Source: Candidatus Babeliales bacterium
Lineage (GTDB): Bacteria; Babelota; Babeliae; Babelales; JACPOV01
NCBI GenBank assembly: GCA_050250855.1
Contig: JBFWNW010000001.1
Coordinates: forward strand, 1 to 64,000
DNA: 64,000 bases
Reading direction: 5' to 3'
Part shown: in pieces, positions 1-10,062 of the stretch
Numbering within the stretch: the first letter of the stretch is position 1
Layout of the letters: each line of letters starts with the position of its first letter
Notes under the pieces: generated by a model
Databases searched by the model: none
Told to the model about the DNA's origin: nothing
The model's input: the letters and a program-made list of their open reading frames with translations, nothing else
Made by a program: the position numbers and the translations under genes

Positions 1-1975
1 ATACGCAAACGATTATTTGCGCTAAGTTTGAAGATACGTGGACAATACTAGAGAAAATAGATGTTGATGTTAACGGTATATTTACAGCAATAGATAATAT
101 AAATATCTGTCCAACTATTGATCTATCGGGTGTATTTACTGCGCTAGAGTTCGGCTTCTATGATACGCAAACAATACTCTGTGCGAAGTTTGAAGATACG
201 TGGACAATACTAGAGAAAATAGATGTTGATGTTAACGGTATATTTACAGCAATAGATAATATAAATATCTGTCCAACTATTGATCTATCAGGTGTATTTA
301 CTGCGCTAGAGTTCGGCTTCTATGACACGCAAACAATATTGTGCGCTAAGTTTGAAGATACGTGGACAATACTAGAGAAGATAGATGTAGATGTTAATGG
401 TATATTTACTGCAATTGAAGCTATACCAACAGTAGATCTGTCAGGTATATTCACTGCACTTGAATTTGGCTTCTACGATACACAAACAATACTGTGTGCT
501 AAGTTTGAAGAAACATGGACAATACTAGAGAAAATAGATGTTGATGTTAACGGTATTTACACGGTACTAGATAACTTAGTATTTTCAGTAACGATAGGTG
601 AAATAACGGTATCAGTATCAATAGATTTATCAGGCGTATTTACTGCGCTAGAGTTCGGCTTCTATGATACGCAAACGATTATTTGCGCTAAGTTTGAAGA
701 TACGTGGACAATACTAGAGAAAATAGATGTTGATGTTAACGGTATATTTACAGCAATAGATAATATAAATATCTGTCCAACTATTGATCTATCAGGTGTA
801 TTTACTGCGCTAGAGTTCGGCTTCTATGATACGCAAACAATAATCTGCGCTAAGTTCCAGGATACATGGACAATATTAGATGTTCTGTGTGATATTTTAG
901 TATTGGCAGAAGATATTGATTGTGAGATAGAAGCAACACAATCTATTATATGCACTAAATTCCAAGATACATGGACAATACTAGAGAACATTTCAGATAA
1001 GATAATGACATTAAGTAATGTAGACTTGTCTGGTATATATACGGTATTAGATGTTAACTTCTCAGGCATATTTACCGCACTAGAATTCGGCTTCTATGAT
1101 ACGCAAACAATAATGTGTGCTAAGTTTGAAGAAACATGGACAATACTAGATGTTCTGTGTGATATTTTAGTATTAGTAGAAGATATAGATTGTGAATTAG
1201 CAGAAACGCAATCTATTATATGCACTAAATTCCAAGATACCTGGACGATCTTGCAAAAGATTGATGTTGATGTTAATGGTATATTCACAGCAATAGATAA
1301 TATAAATATCTGTCCAACTATTGATCTATCGGGTGTATTTACTGCGCTAGAGTTCGGCTTCTATGACACGCAAACAATACTCTGTGCTAAATTTGAAGAT
1401 ACGTGGACAATATTAGCAGATATAGAAGCGGATATTTCAGGGATATTTACCGCACTTGAATTTGGATTTTATGATACTCAAACAATTATCTGTGAAAAAT
1501 TCCAAGATACATGGACAATATTAGCAAATATAGAGGTAGATATTTCAGGTATATTTACTGCGCTAGAGTTCGGCTTCTATGACACGCAAACAATAATCTG
1601 TGCAAAATTTGAAGATACGTGGACAATATTAGCAGATATAGAAGCGGATATTTCAGGGATATTTACCGCACTTGAATTTGGCTTTTATGATACGCAGACA
1701 ATTATCTGTGAAAAGTTCCAGTATACATGGACAATATTAGCAAATATAGAGGCAGATATTTCAGGGATATTTACCGCACTTGAATTTGGATTTTATGATA
1801 CTCAAACAATTATCTGTGACAAGTTTGAGCAAACATGGACTATTCTTAATGCGCTATGCAATGGTATTGAAGGTTTGCAAGCATCAATTGATGATCTATG
1901 CTGTGAAATGTCTGATGGCTTTGAACAAACGGTGAGTATTATTGTAGGGGATATCTTCGATACATGGACTATTTT
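1..1975 (+). repeat. Intragenic tandem coding repeats (stalk), units of 162 bp/54 aa, 108 bp/36 aa and variants
   Basis: Unit recurs at positions 1, 163 and 325 (162-bp period); gatatttcag recurs at 1431 and 1539 (108-bp period). About 14 C-x-K-F-x-x-T-W-T-I-L copies are visible in the window. Confidence 0.9.
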
Positions 1976-4001
1976 AGATCCAATAGATGCAGCACTCTGT
2001 TCACCTAAAGAAATTCGTCAAGTATATGTTGGTGTTTCAACCTATACCATTTCACAACCAGGTTTTTATGTATTTGCAGAAAATATAGTATTTAGTCCTG
2101 CGTCAGGCCAACCAGCTTTAGAAATTACTACCGATAATGTAACTATTGATATGTGTGGCAAAACGCTTACGCAGGGTAATGCGGTTACAGGAGTTGATGG
2201 TATCAGAGTGCCTGGTAATACAACAATAGCACCGCGCAGCAATGTAACCATTATGAATGGTGGAATAAGCGGTTTTACTAGATCTGGTATTGTGGTAGGA
2301 ACAAATCCAATAACCCCTGCAAATACAGCAGCGCGTTTTATCACCGTTAATAACATGAAGATTTTTAACTGTTCTGAGCAGGGTGTTGAGTTTGCTTCTA
2401 CAACCAGTATTACTGATATTGAGCTTAATAATCTGAAAATTAAAAATACCCTGAATGGTATCTCGTTGACCAAAGTTAATCACGGATTAATTTCACAGTG
2501 TGATTTAGTAGTTAATACCACAGGTGCTATGCTTGATCAGTCAAATAAAATTTGCTTTAAAGAATGTAAAGCTGAAGAAAATACACAAGCAGGCTTCTGT
2601 TTGCAAAATTCAAGCAATAATATTTTTACAGCATGTAATGCCATTGGTAATGGTCAAGCTGGCAATACTAATGCATATGGCTTTGTTTCAGCTAATGGTC
2701 GTGGAAACATTTTCGAAAAATGCAACGCTTGTTGCACTATCACAACGCAAACTACGCAAGCTTTTATTGCTGCTGGGTTTGCCCTTACCGATTCAGAAAT
2801 GTGCACTAAAATTATTGATTGTGAGAGTTTTGATAATACTACCACTGGATCGGCGGTTTCTTACGGTATTTTGCTTTCAGGGCTTCAGATTACGACTTCC
2901 CAGAATAATCTTAATAATAAAGTTAATTGGTCTCCGGATGGACAATATCTTGCAGTGGGTATGTCTAATGGTACTATTACAGTATATTCATTTAATGGCG
3001 TTCTTTCTTTTGTTACTTCAGCTAGTCCTGGTCTTGTGGGTATTAACTCAGTTAATTGGTCGCCGGATGGGCAGTATCTTGCAGCGGGTACGACTGCTGG
3101 TACTATTTTAGTATATTCATTTAATGGCGTAGCCCTTTCTTTTGTTACTTCAGTTGCTCCTGGTTTAGGTACTATTACTTCAGTCAATTGGTCGCCGGAT
3201 GGGCAATATCTTGCAGCGGGTACGGGTGGTACTATTCTAGTCTATTCATTTAATGGCGTAGCCCTTTCTTTTGTTACTTCAGTTGCTCCTGGTCTTGGGA
3301 GTATTAACTCAGTTAATTGGTCGCCGGATGGGCAGTATCTCGCAGCGGGTACGACGAGTGCTATTGTAGTGTATTCATTTAATGGCGTAGCCCTTTCTTT
3401 TGTTACTTCAGTTAGTCCTGGTCTTGGGACTATTAACTCAGTTAATTGGTCGCCGGATGGGCAGTATCTTGCAGCGGGTACGAGTGGTGGTACTATTTTA
3501 GTATATTCATTTAATGGCGTAGCCCTTTCTTTTGTTACTTCAGTTGCTCCTGGTCTTGGGAGTATTACTTCAATTAATTGGTTACCAGATGGGCAGTATC
3601 TTGCAGCGGGTACGGGTGGTGGTACTATTTTAGTATATTCATTTAATGGCGTAGCTCTTTCTTTGTTTATTTCAATTGTTCCTGGTCTTGGGGCTATTTC
3701 TTCAGTTAATTGGTCGCCGGATGGGCAGTATCTTGCAGTGGGTACGACGAGTGCTATTCTAGTGTATCCTGTGTTTCCTCCATTAAGAAACAATATTATC
3801 AAAAATAATATTGTATATTGTAATGTTAGCAATGGCAGTTCAGATGGGATTGGCATTTCAGGTGTAAGCTTTGCTAATTTGATTATAGGTAATACTGCTT
3901 ATCAAAATGATAGTAATTATCAATTTGTGCTGAATGTATATAGCGGTGGGGTTAACGGTTCGCCTGGCTTATTGCAAAACGTTTCAATACCGCCATATTA
4001 G
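1..4001 (+). CDS. Array paralog 1 (5'-truncated): long repeat stalk + parallel beta-helix with inserted 7-blade WD40 propeller
   Basis: The frame of ORF 339..4001 is open back to position 3 (acg caa acg att att tgc = TQTIIC), so the true start is upstream of the window. Contains KFxxTWTIL stalk repeats, the TISQPGFYVFAENI...DNVTIDMCGK helix-start motif, Asn/Cys-rich helix coils, 7x NW[SL]PDGQYLA, and ends LQNVSIPPY. Confidence 0.85.
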   Translation, partial: TQTIICAKFEDTWTILEKIDVDVNGIFTAIDNINICPTIDLSGVFTALEFGFYDTQTILCAKFEDTWTILEKIDVDVNGIFTAIDNINICPTIDLSGVFTALEFGFYDTQTILCAKFEDTWTILEKIDVDVNGIFTAIEAIPTVDLSGIFTALEFGFYDTQTILCAKFEETWTILEKIDVDVNGIYTVLDNLVFSVTIGEITVSVSIDLSGVFTALEFGFYDTQTIICAKFEDTWTILEKIDVDVNGIFTAIDNINICPTIDLSGVFTALEFGFYDTQTIICAKFQDTWTILDVLCDILVLAEDIDCEIEATQSIICTKFQDTWTILENISDKIMTLSNVDLSGIYTVLDVNFSGIFTALEFGFYDTQTIMCAKFEETWTILDVLCDILVLVEDIDCELAETQSIICTKFQDTWTILQKIDVDVNGIFTAIDNINICPTIDLSGVFTALEFGFYDTQTILCAKFEDTWTILADIEADISGIFTALEFGFYDTQTIICEKFQDTWTILANIEVDISGIFTALEFGFYDTQTIICAKFEDTWTILADIEADISGIFTALEFGFYDTQTIICEKFQYTWTILANIEADISGIFTALEFGFYDTQTIICDKFEQTWTILNALCNGIEGLQASIDDLCCEMSDGFEQTVSIIVGDIFDTWTILDPIDAALCSPKEIRQVYVGVSTYTISQPGFYVFAENIVFSPASGQPALEITTDNVTIDMCGKTLTQGNAVTGVDGIRVPGNTTIAPRSNVTIMNGGISGFTRSGIVVGTNPITPANTAARFITVNNMKIFNCSEQGVEFASTTSITDIELNNLKIKNTLNGISLTKVNHGLISQCDLVVNTTGAMLDQSNKICFKECKAEENTQAGFCLQNSSNNIFTACNAIGNGQAGNTNAYGFVSANGRGNIFEKCNACCTITTQTTQAFIAAGFALTDSEMCTKIIDCESFDNTTTGSAVSYGILLSGLQITTSQNNLNNKVNWSPDGQYLAVGMSNGTITVYSFNGVLSFVTSASPGLVGINSVNWSPDGQYLAAGTTAGTILVYSFNGVALSFVTSVAPGLGTITSVNWSPDGQYLAAGTGGTILVYSFNGVALSFVTSVAPGLGSINSVNWSPDGQYLAAGTTSAIVVYSFNGVALSFVTSVSPGLGTINSVNWSPDGQYLAAGTSGGTILVYSFNGVALSFVTSVAPGLGSITSINWLPDGQYLAAGTGGGTILVYSFNGVALSLFISIVPGLGAISSVNWSPDGQYLAVGTTSAILVYPVFPPLRNNIIKNNIVYCNVSNGSSDGIGISGVSFANLIIGNTAYQNDSNYQFVLNVYSGGVNGSPGLLQNVSIPPY
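2919..3770 (+). repeat. Seven near-identical WD40 repeats (129-132 bp each)
   Basis: Repeated gttaattggtcgccggatgggcagtatcttgcagcgggtacg...gtatattcatttaatggcgtagccctttcttttgttacttcagt. Confidence 0.92.
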
Positions 4002-4027
4002 CAATAATAGTTTAATGAGGGCTATGG

Positions 4028-5641
4028 ATGTTTAATAATAAAAGGGTTTTTATGAAGCGTCACATTGTATATTTTTTAGTAGGTATTCTTTGTATGGGAT
4101 TACTAGGTAGTTTGTATGCTCAAGATTATACTGAAGATGAATTGATTTACCGTAGCTGTCCAAGTAAGCTTTCTTTAATTTTAGAATATACGAATCAAGC
4201 TGTTGAAAAATTAGCATGCGTGCAAACAACGCAAATAACAACGCCAACCACTATAACAAATCCTGGGTATTATTGCTTAAATAATGATATTGTTGGTACC
4301 ATTACTATAAATTCTGACCGCGTTATTTTAGATTTAAATGGTTTTGAAATTTCTGGTACCACAGATCATGTTATTGTTGTAGAACATACCGATATTGTTA
4401 TAAAAAATGGTATTATTCGTGGCACAACAACCGGAAGTAGCGGCATTTCTGTTACTGATGGCATCAATATAACTATAGAAAATATTAATTTTACTGATAA
4501 CTATAACGGCATACTTTTGACCACGGTCAGTTGTATTGCCATAGAGCAATGCATGTTTACTGAACATACAAAAGATGGTAGTTGTATCAATGCAACAGGT
4601 CTTTATGGTGCCCATTTTTCTGATATTGTATGCAAAAATAATACATCAAATCAAGATATAGCTCTTATTAATCTTCTCAATGCCGATACTGTTTCTTTAG
4701 AACGAATAACATTAAATAATAATGTATTACAAAACAACTCTTTCAATATAGGTTCTTTTGGAGGCGGCCTAACACTAATATCGTCATCAAACCTTTTTTT
4801 GAATGCTATTGCCATAGATGAAAATTTTGGTCCTTCTTCTGGATTTGGGATTATCTGTATAGGTCTTGCGTTGGCAGGAGTGCATAACGTTTATTGCCAG
4901 GATTGTACCGTTAATAATAATGTATCAGATGTTCTTTTTATTGGTGTTCTTACAGCACCACTGGCTTTGCAGGGTAATTCTAACCTTACCTTTAAAAACT
5001 GTTATGCCAATAATAATAGTAGTAATAGTAACGCTGTAGAAGGTTTTGAAATAAATAGGTGTACTCACCTAACGATGCTTGATTGTCAAGCTAATAATAA
5101 TAGTGGTTCTACATCTACCGGTTTTACCTATGGATTTGCTTTATATGGCGGTCCTGGATCAGATATTTTATACAAAGGGTGTAGCGCTTCTGGAAACTCT
5201 GGAAGAACGGTAGGTGGTTTTACCTTTAGTTTTGCAGCTGATAATTTTAAAGGTATTTTTCAAGAGTGTATTGCAAATGATAATACTGCTGTCCTTACGG
5301 CCTATGGTTTTGAATTTCAGCAATCAAGTACTTCATGTGTTGTAAACTGTATAGCAAAGCGTAACAGTGGCGGTACAGCTGGGTACGGTATTTATTTAAA
5401 TAGTACAGCAAGCTTTGAAGTTGACTCTAATCTGGTAGTTGGTAATAGCACGACGGGTATTGAAAATGTAAGTGGTGTAGCTAATGTATTTTTCTCTAAT
5501 AAAGCGCAAGAAAATGGTACCTTGGGCGCAAATAATTATAGCGGCGTGCCAACAACACAAATTATAACATACGATATTGGGCTTGCAGATTTTACTACAA
5601 CCAATACACGACCATTTATTAATTTAGCTATTCAACCGTAG
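4028..5641 (+). CDS. Array paralog 2: exported right-handed parallel beta-helix protein, no stalk or propeller
   Basis: Signal peptide (likely start 4052, MKRHIVYF), YRSC motif, TTITNPGYYCLNNDI/VILDLNG helix start, CxANNN coils; C-terminus nearly identical to paralog 3 (TTTNTRPFINLAIQP). Confidence 0.8.
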   Translation: MFNNKRVFMKRHIVYFLVGILCMGLLGSLYAQDYTEDELIYRSCPSKLSLILEYTNQAVEKLACVQTTQITTPTTITNPGYYCLNNDIVGTITINSDRVILDLNGFEISGTTDHVIVVEHTDIVIKNGIIRGTTTGSSGISVTDGINITIENINFTDNYNGILLTTVSCIAIEQCMFTEHTKDGSCINATGLYGAHFSDIVCKNNTSNQDIALINLLNADTVSLERITLNNNVLQNNSFNIGSFGGGLTLISSSNLFLNAIAIDENFGPSSGFGIICIGLALAGVHNVYCQDCTVNNNVSDVLFIGVLTAPLALQGNSNLTFKNCYANNNSSNSNAVEGFEINRCTHLTMLDCQANNNSGSTSTGFTYGFALYGGPGSDILYKGCSASGNSGRTVGGFTFSFAADNFKGIFQECIANDNTAVLTAYGFEFQQSSTSCVVNCIAKRNSGGTAGYGIYLNSTASFEVDSNLVVGNSTTGIENVSGVANVFFSNKAQENGTLGANNYSGVPTTQIITYDIGLADFTTTNTRPFINLAIQP

Positions 5642-5665
5642 TATATTAAAAAAAGGATACTATTT

Positions 5666-7441
5666 ATGAAGAGAATTTTTTCATTATTACTGATAAGTTG
5701 TTCTTTTGCGTTTTTGGTACATGCAAAAGATCTTTCAAAGCACGTACCTATGCCGGTAGAAATGGCGATGCATGCGGATGATCTTGCTACATTGACCGAT
5801 TTTGAACTTATGCAGCTCACGCGTGAATGTTATCGAGTTCTGGGTCAAGAGGCTCAAGAGAGCACCGTTGCTTCATGGGTTCATGATTGTTATACCACCA
5901 TGCAGCAAGGAGTTTCCATTGAAAGAACTGAGCTTGTGCATGCATGTTCTGCATTATTAACTACTATTGCTGGCAATCGTACATGCCTTGATAAATTGAC
6001 GCAAATTTTGCAAAACTCAATAACTATTTTATCAAAAGTAATCTGTTTGAATGTAACAGAAATTACCACACCACAAGTCATAACAGATCCTGGCTACTAT
6101 TGTTTGACGGCAGATGTTGTTGGCACTATTACCATTAGTGGCCAGCGTATTATTTTGGACCTTAATAATCACCAAATTTCTGGAACATTAAATGCTGTTG
6201 AGCTTACGGGTACTAATATTGTTATTAAGAATGGTATTATTCGTGATGCGTCGAGTGTTGGTATTACTGCAAACGTAGCAGAAAATCTTACTATAGAAGA
6301 TATTACCTTTATAGCAGATAGAACAGGTATAGTGTTGACAACCGTAACATGTCTCACGCTGCAAGATTGTACGTTCAGAAATCACTTAGGATGTTTGCGA
6401 GCAACCAATCTTTTTGGGGCTAACCTTTCTAACTTAGTTTCTAAACATAATAATTATCCAGCTGCTATGCTTGGTGTGACTATTCTTTTTTATTTTGTTA
6501 ATGCGCATAATGTAAATGCTGAAGGTATTATCTGTTATGAAAATGCATTAGCTGGTTCTGCTTTTGGGAATTTTACTTCGCTTGTTACGCTTGAAAGGTC
6601 AGCGAATATTGTGTTTAAAGATAGCAATTTTAATCATAATTTTGATAGTGGCAGTGGGGGGTATCCTTTTGTAATACAAGGCTGTAAAGATGTTATCTGT
6701 ATTGATTGTACAATAAATAATAATAGTACAGGTTTTATGTATGGTCTTTTGGTTACTCAGGATTCTAGCTCTGGCATAGATTCTGAAGATGTAACGCTTA
6801 TTAACTGTTCAGTGAATCAAAATATCTCTACTGATGAATTAGATGCATTTTATATTGATAGAGCAAATAATGTTACTCTTATTGATTGTCAGGCTAATGA
6901 AAATAGGGGAGCTGCAACAAGAACGGTGGGGTTTGTTTTTGACCGAGCGACCGATATAATCTGTAAAAACTGTCTATCATTAACCAATAGCGGTCCAAAT
7001 TCCGCTGGATTTTTAAGTACCGGTAATTCTCTTGCAGATTCTTCAGTTAAAGTTATTTTAGAAGATTGTATAGCAAATGACATGATGTCAACTTCGAATG
7101 CCTATGGTTTTCAATTTGTTAATACCGTGACGTCATGCATTATAGATTGCATAGCAAAGAAAAATGTTGGCGACACAACAGGGCAAGGTATTGCTCTAAC
7201 TGATTGTGCAGGCTGCGTAGTACAATCTAACCGTGTTGTTGCTAATAGCTCTGTCGGTATTCAGGATACGACGGGTATTAATAATATGTTCCTTCAAAAT
7301 AAATCACAAGAAAATGGTACCCTTGGTGCAAATAACTATAGTGGCGTGCCGGCAAGCCTTATTATAACGTATGATATTGGTGATCAGGATTTTACTACAA
7401 CTAATACGCGACCATTTATTAATTTGGCTGTTCAGCCGTAA
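5666..7441 (+). CDS. Array paralog 3: exported parallel beta-helix protein with N-terminal helical module
   Basis: RBS aagga, signal peptide, CY..MQQGVSIERTEL module, NRTC motif, VITDPGYYCLTADV, ends PFINLAVQP. Confidence 0.8.
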   Translation: MKRIFSLLLISCSFAFLVHAKDLSKHVPMPVEMAMHADDLATLTDFELMQLTRECYRVLGQEAQESTVASWVHDCYTTMQQGVSIERTELVHACSALLTTIAGNRTCLDKLTQILQNSITILSKVICLNVTEITTPQVITDPGYYCLTADVVGTITISGQRIILDLNNHQISGTLNAVELTGTNIVIKNGIIRDASSVGITANVAENLTIEDITFIADRTGIVLTTVTCLTLQDCTFRNHLGCLRATNLFGANLSNLVSKHNNYPAAMLGVTILFYFVNAHNVNAEGIICYENALAGSAFGNFTSLVTLERSANIVFKDSNFNHNFDSGSGGYPFVIQGCKDVICIDCTINNNSTGFMYGLLVTQDSSSGIDSEDVTLINCSVNQNISTDELDAFYIDRANNVTLIDCQANENRGAATRTVGFVFDRATDIICKNCLSLTNSGPNSAGFLSTGNSLADSSVKVILEDCIANDMMSTSNAYGFQFVNTVTSCIIDCIAKKNVGDTTGQGIALTDCAGCVVQSNRVVANSSVGIQDTTGINNMFLQNKSQENGTLGANNYSGVPASLIITYDIGDQDFTTTNTRPFINLAVQP

Positions 7442-7463
7442 TAATTATTCGCATTGAAAGTAA

Positions 7464-7491
7464 GCGGGGCTCTGAGAAATCAGAGCCCCGC
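7464..7491. terminator. Probable bidirectional intrinsic terminator
   Basis: Perfect 12-bp stem gcggggctctga-GAAA-tcagagccccgc between convergent genes, followed by a T-rich run. Confidence 0.8.
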
Positions 7492-7495
7492 AATT

Positions 7496-8116
7496 TTATT
7501 TTTTCAAAAACTCATAGACCATCTGGCTCCATGATTCCATATTAGGAACGAACTGCTGCATTTCTTGAATGGTCAAAAGTTGGCCGCTTTTTAGTTCAGA
7601 TTTTACGCTTATATTTTCAGAGGTTCCTTCAAGTAAAAATACAAAACCGATATGAACTTGCCCAACAGCATTAGAATCGTCATTTAAAATACCAAGAGGT
7701 TGTATGGTAAATGAATCTTGGTAAAGAACTTCCTCATGGAATTCACGTTTTGCCCAATCAAAAAGAGAACTGCTATTTTCCATATCTTCTTGACGAATGT
7801 GGCCACCTATGCCTAAAGAGTATTTATTTTGCAAGCGCTGTTCTGTTGCTTGCGCAGTACGTTGCATTAAAAAATAGCGGTTATTATGAGAAAAAACTAG
7901 ATAGGGAATAATTTGTTTATAGGTAGGATCTTGTTCCATTAAAGAACGGGGTAAAAACTCTTTTTTTTCTTGAATTAAGGTTAGATATTCATCAAAATCA
8001 ACTGCTTGTATTCCGGACCAGGCAGCATTTTTTTTGAATAAGCTTTCTCGCTTTATTACAAGGATCTGTTCATCATGAGATGAAATGGGTTGGTTTCTTT
8101 GTTGTATGGTAGCCAT
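7496..8116 (-). CDS. NUDIX-family phosphoesterase (COG4112/YmaB-like)
   Basis: KQIIPY, EQRL..KYSLGIGGHI, REFHEE Nudix box, GILNDD..AVGQVHIG. Confidence 0.8.
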   Translation of the reverse strand: MATIQQRNQPISSHDEQILVIKRESLFKKNAAWSGIQAVDFDEYLTLIQEKKEFLPRSLMEQDPTYKQIIPYLVFSHNNRYFLMQRTAQATEQRLQNKYSLGIGGHIRQEDMENSSSLFDWAKREFHEEVLYQDSFTIQPLGILNDDSNAVGQVHIGFVFLLEGTSENISVKSELKSGQLLTIQEMQQFVPNMESWSQMVYEFLKK

Positions 8117-8286
8117 AAAAACCCTTTTTATATGAAAGTAATAAAATTGATCTCAATTAAGGTTATCCTAAATTTTTTTTTTTGGTAAGGTTGATTAATA
8201 ATATTTAAAAAAGTATTGACAAAATTAAAAATATTTGACTCTACTTATAAATAATAAAAAATGGATTCAAACAAGGAAAAAAGAGA

Positions 8287-10020
8287 ATGAAGAGTTGTAA
8301 GATGTTTTTATTTCTGAGTTTTTTTTTATTTTTTTCTAGTGGCCTATCAGCTGGCTCAAAAGATCCGCTCTATGATGAATTGTGTTCTGTTGTTTTAGAT
8401 TTTGGTGATTATTGCGTAGAACAAAATATTTTAGGCGATCAGCATCCTGCGATTATTAATGCCTACTGTTTTTTGGCCAACGGCAATCACGTTGATGAAG
8501 AAATGCTTTTGATAGCGGTGCGAGCTTTAATGGGTAATCGCGCATTGCAGCCTCTTGTTCCAAATATTTTTGAAAAATTGTGTTCTTTGCTTTTAGGATT
8601 TAATTATACCGTTACCGCATTGCAAGAATTAAATGATGTGCTTGAAGAAAAATTTGAAGAAACGTTTACCATTGTAAATGCTTTAATAAAAAGCTTTACT
8701 ACTTTTGCAGCTGGTCAAGCAGCATTAATTTTTGAGCAAGATTTTTCAGAAGTATTTACAGCATTAGAAGAACTGAACGCTACGCTGTGCAGTAAGTTTA
8801 TGGAAACATGGACAATTCTTGGGTGCCAGCCTATGCCAATTTCTGCACCAACTACTATTACGCAGCCAGGAAGTTATTGCTTAATAAATGATATTAGCGG
8901 TCAAATTACTATTGCAGCAGATAATGTGCTACTGGATTTAGCAGGTAGAACAATACAGAATACACCTACTGCTATTGTGGTGATGAATCAAGCTAATATT
9001 ATTATAAAAAATGGTATTCTTAGTTCAAATAGCACCATAGGTATTGATCTTATTGATTCACAAACGATATCTATTCAAGAAATTGATTTTATCGATAGTT
9101 CTACGGGCATTAATGCGAGTAATGTTTCTTGTTTGAATGTATATGATTGTACTTTTAGAAGCAGCGGCCGGGGTCTTAATTTTAATAATGTTGTGAATGC
9201 TCATGTAGCTCTTTGTAAGTTATTTTTTATATTAACCCATAACGGACCGCTTTTTTCTTTTAATAATGGTGAAAATATAACAGTTCATGATATTTATATG
9301 AATAATTCTGCTATTCTGTCTACAGCTCCCATGTTTATGAGCGCAACCAATCAAGGGAGCTTTGTAGTCAAAAAATGTCGCTGTATAACTAATTTTGTCT
9401 TTGTAGGAGGAATATCGACTTATTTTTTTATAGATGGTGAATCTGCGGTATTTGAAGATTGCGATATCATTGATAATACATCCCTGCTTTTTAAGTGCGA
9501 TTTTAGGAGTTCAAGTTGCTTGGTAAAGAATGTTACCTTTAGCAGAGAACGGCTTGAGTCTACTTCTTTACAATCTGGTTCGGGTATGCTGACCTTTGCA
9601 GGAGAAAGTAATTTTATAGTAAAAAATTCAGTATTCCTAAGGTCTAGCTCTCCTTTTGGTTCCATTTCTCCGACTGCGATATATGTTGAAGGTGATGCTC
9701 GAGGGGTGCTAGAAGAAAATATCATACAAGTGCCTAACGCCCTTGTAGCTTCGGGTATTATTTTTTCTACTACTAATTCTTCCTCTTGTTTGGCTAAAAA
9801 TAACATTATGAGATTTGTAAGCACAATTCCATTTGGTGCTTTTGGTACAGCTATAGGAACAAGTTCAGGTACTCCAGTTGCTTGGGGCAATTTAGCTCAA
9901 AGTCAATTTGTGAAATTTAATTTTGTAACCCCTTCAGTTACCTATGTGCCATCAACAGGTACCTTCACTGCAGGAGGAACAACAAGTGGTAGAGATTTAG
10001 ATAATGTAGAAGCTAATTAA
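8287..10020 (+). CDS. Array paralog 4: exported beta-helix protein with short stalk
   Basis: Signal peptide, EKFEETFTI and CSKFMETWTIL stalk units, TTITQPGSYCLINDI, ends RDLDNVEAN. Confidence 0.8.
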   Translation: MKSCKMFLFLSFFLFFSSGLSAGSKDPLYDELCSVVLDFGDYCVEQNILGDQHPAIINAYCFLANGNHVDEEMLLIAVRALMGNRALQPLVPNIFEKLCSLLLGFNYTVTALQELNDVLEEKFEETFTIVNALIKSFTTFAAGQAALIFEQDFSEVFTALEELNATLCSKFMETWTILGCQPMPISAPTTITQPGSYCLINDISGQITIAADNVLLDLAGRTIQNTPTAIVVMNQANIIIKNGILSSNSTIGIDLIDSQTISIQEIDFIDSSTGINASNVSCLNVYDCTFRSSGRGLNFNNVVNAHVALCKLFFILTHNGPLFSFNNGENITVHDIYMNNSAILSTAPMFMSATNQGSFVVKKCRCITNFVFVGGISTYFFIDGESAVFEDCDIIDNTSLLFKCDFRSSSCLVKNVTFSRERLESTSLQSGSGMLTFAGESNFIVKNSVFLRSSSPFGSISPTAIYVEGDARGVLEENIIQVPNALVASGIIFSTTNSSSCLAKNNIMRFVSTIPFGAFGTAIGTSSGTPVAWGNLAQSQFVKFNFVTPSVTYVPSTGTFTAGGTTSGRDLDNVEAN

Positions 10021-10062
10021 AAAAATAGTGTGATGATGAAAACTTTATAAAGGAGTTAACCA

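Noticed and set aside
8173..8327. T11 tract in the promoter region and T9 tract in the signal-peptide codons as phase-variation switches
   Set aside because: Similar A/T runs occur in ordinary genes here (e.g. ~47054-47079); unsupported without read data.
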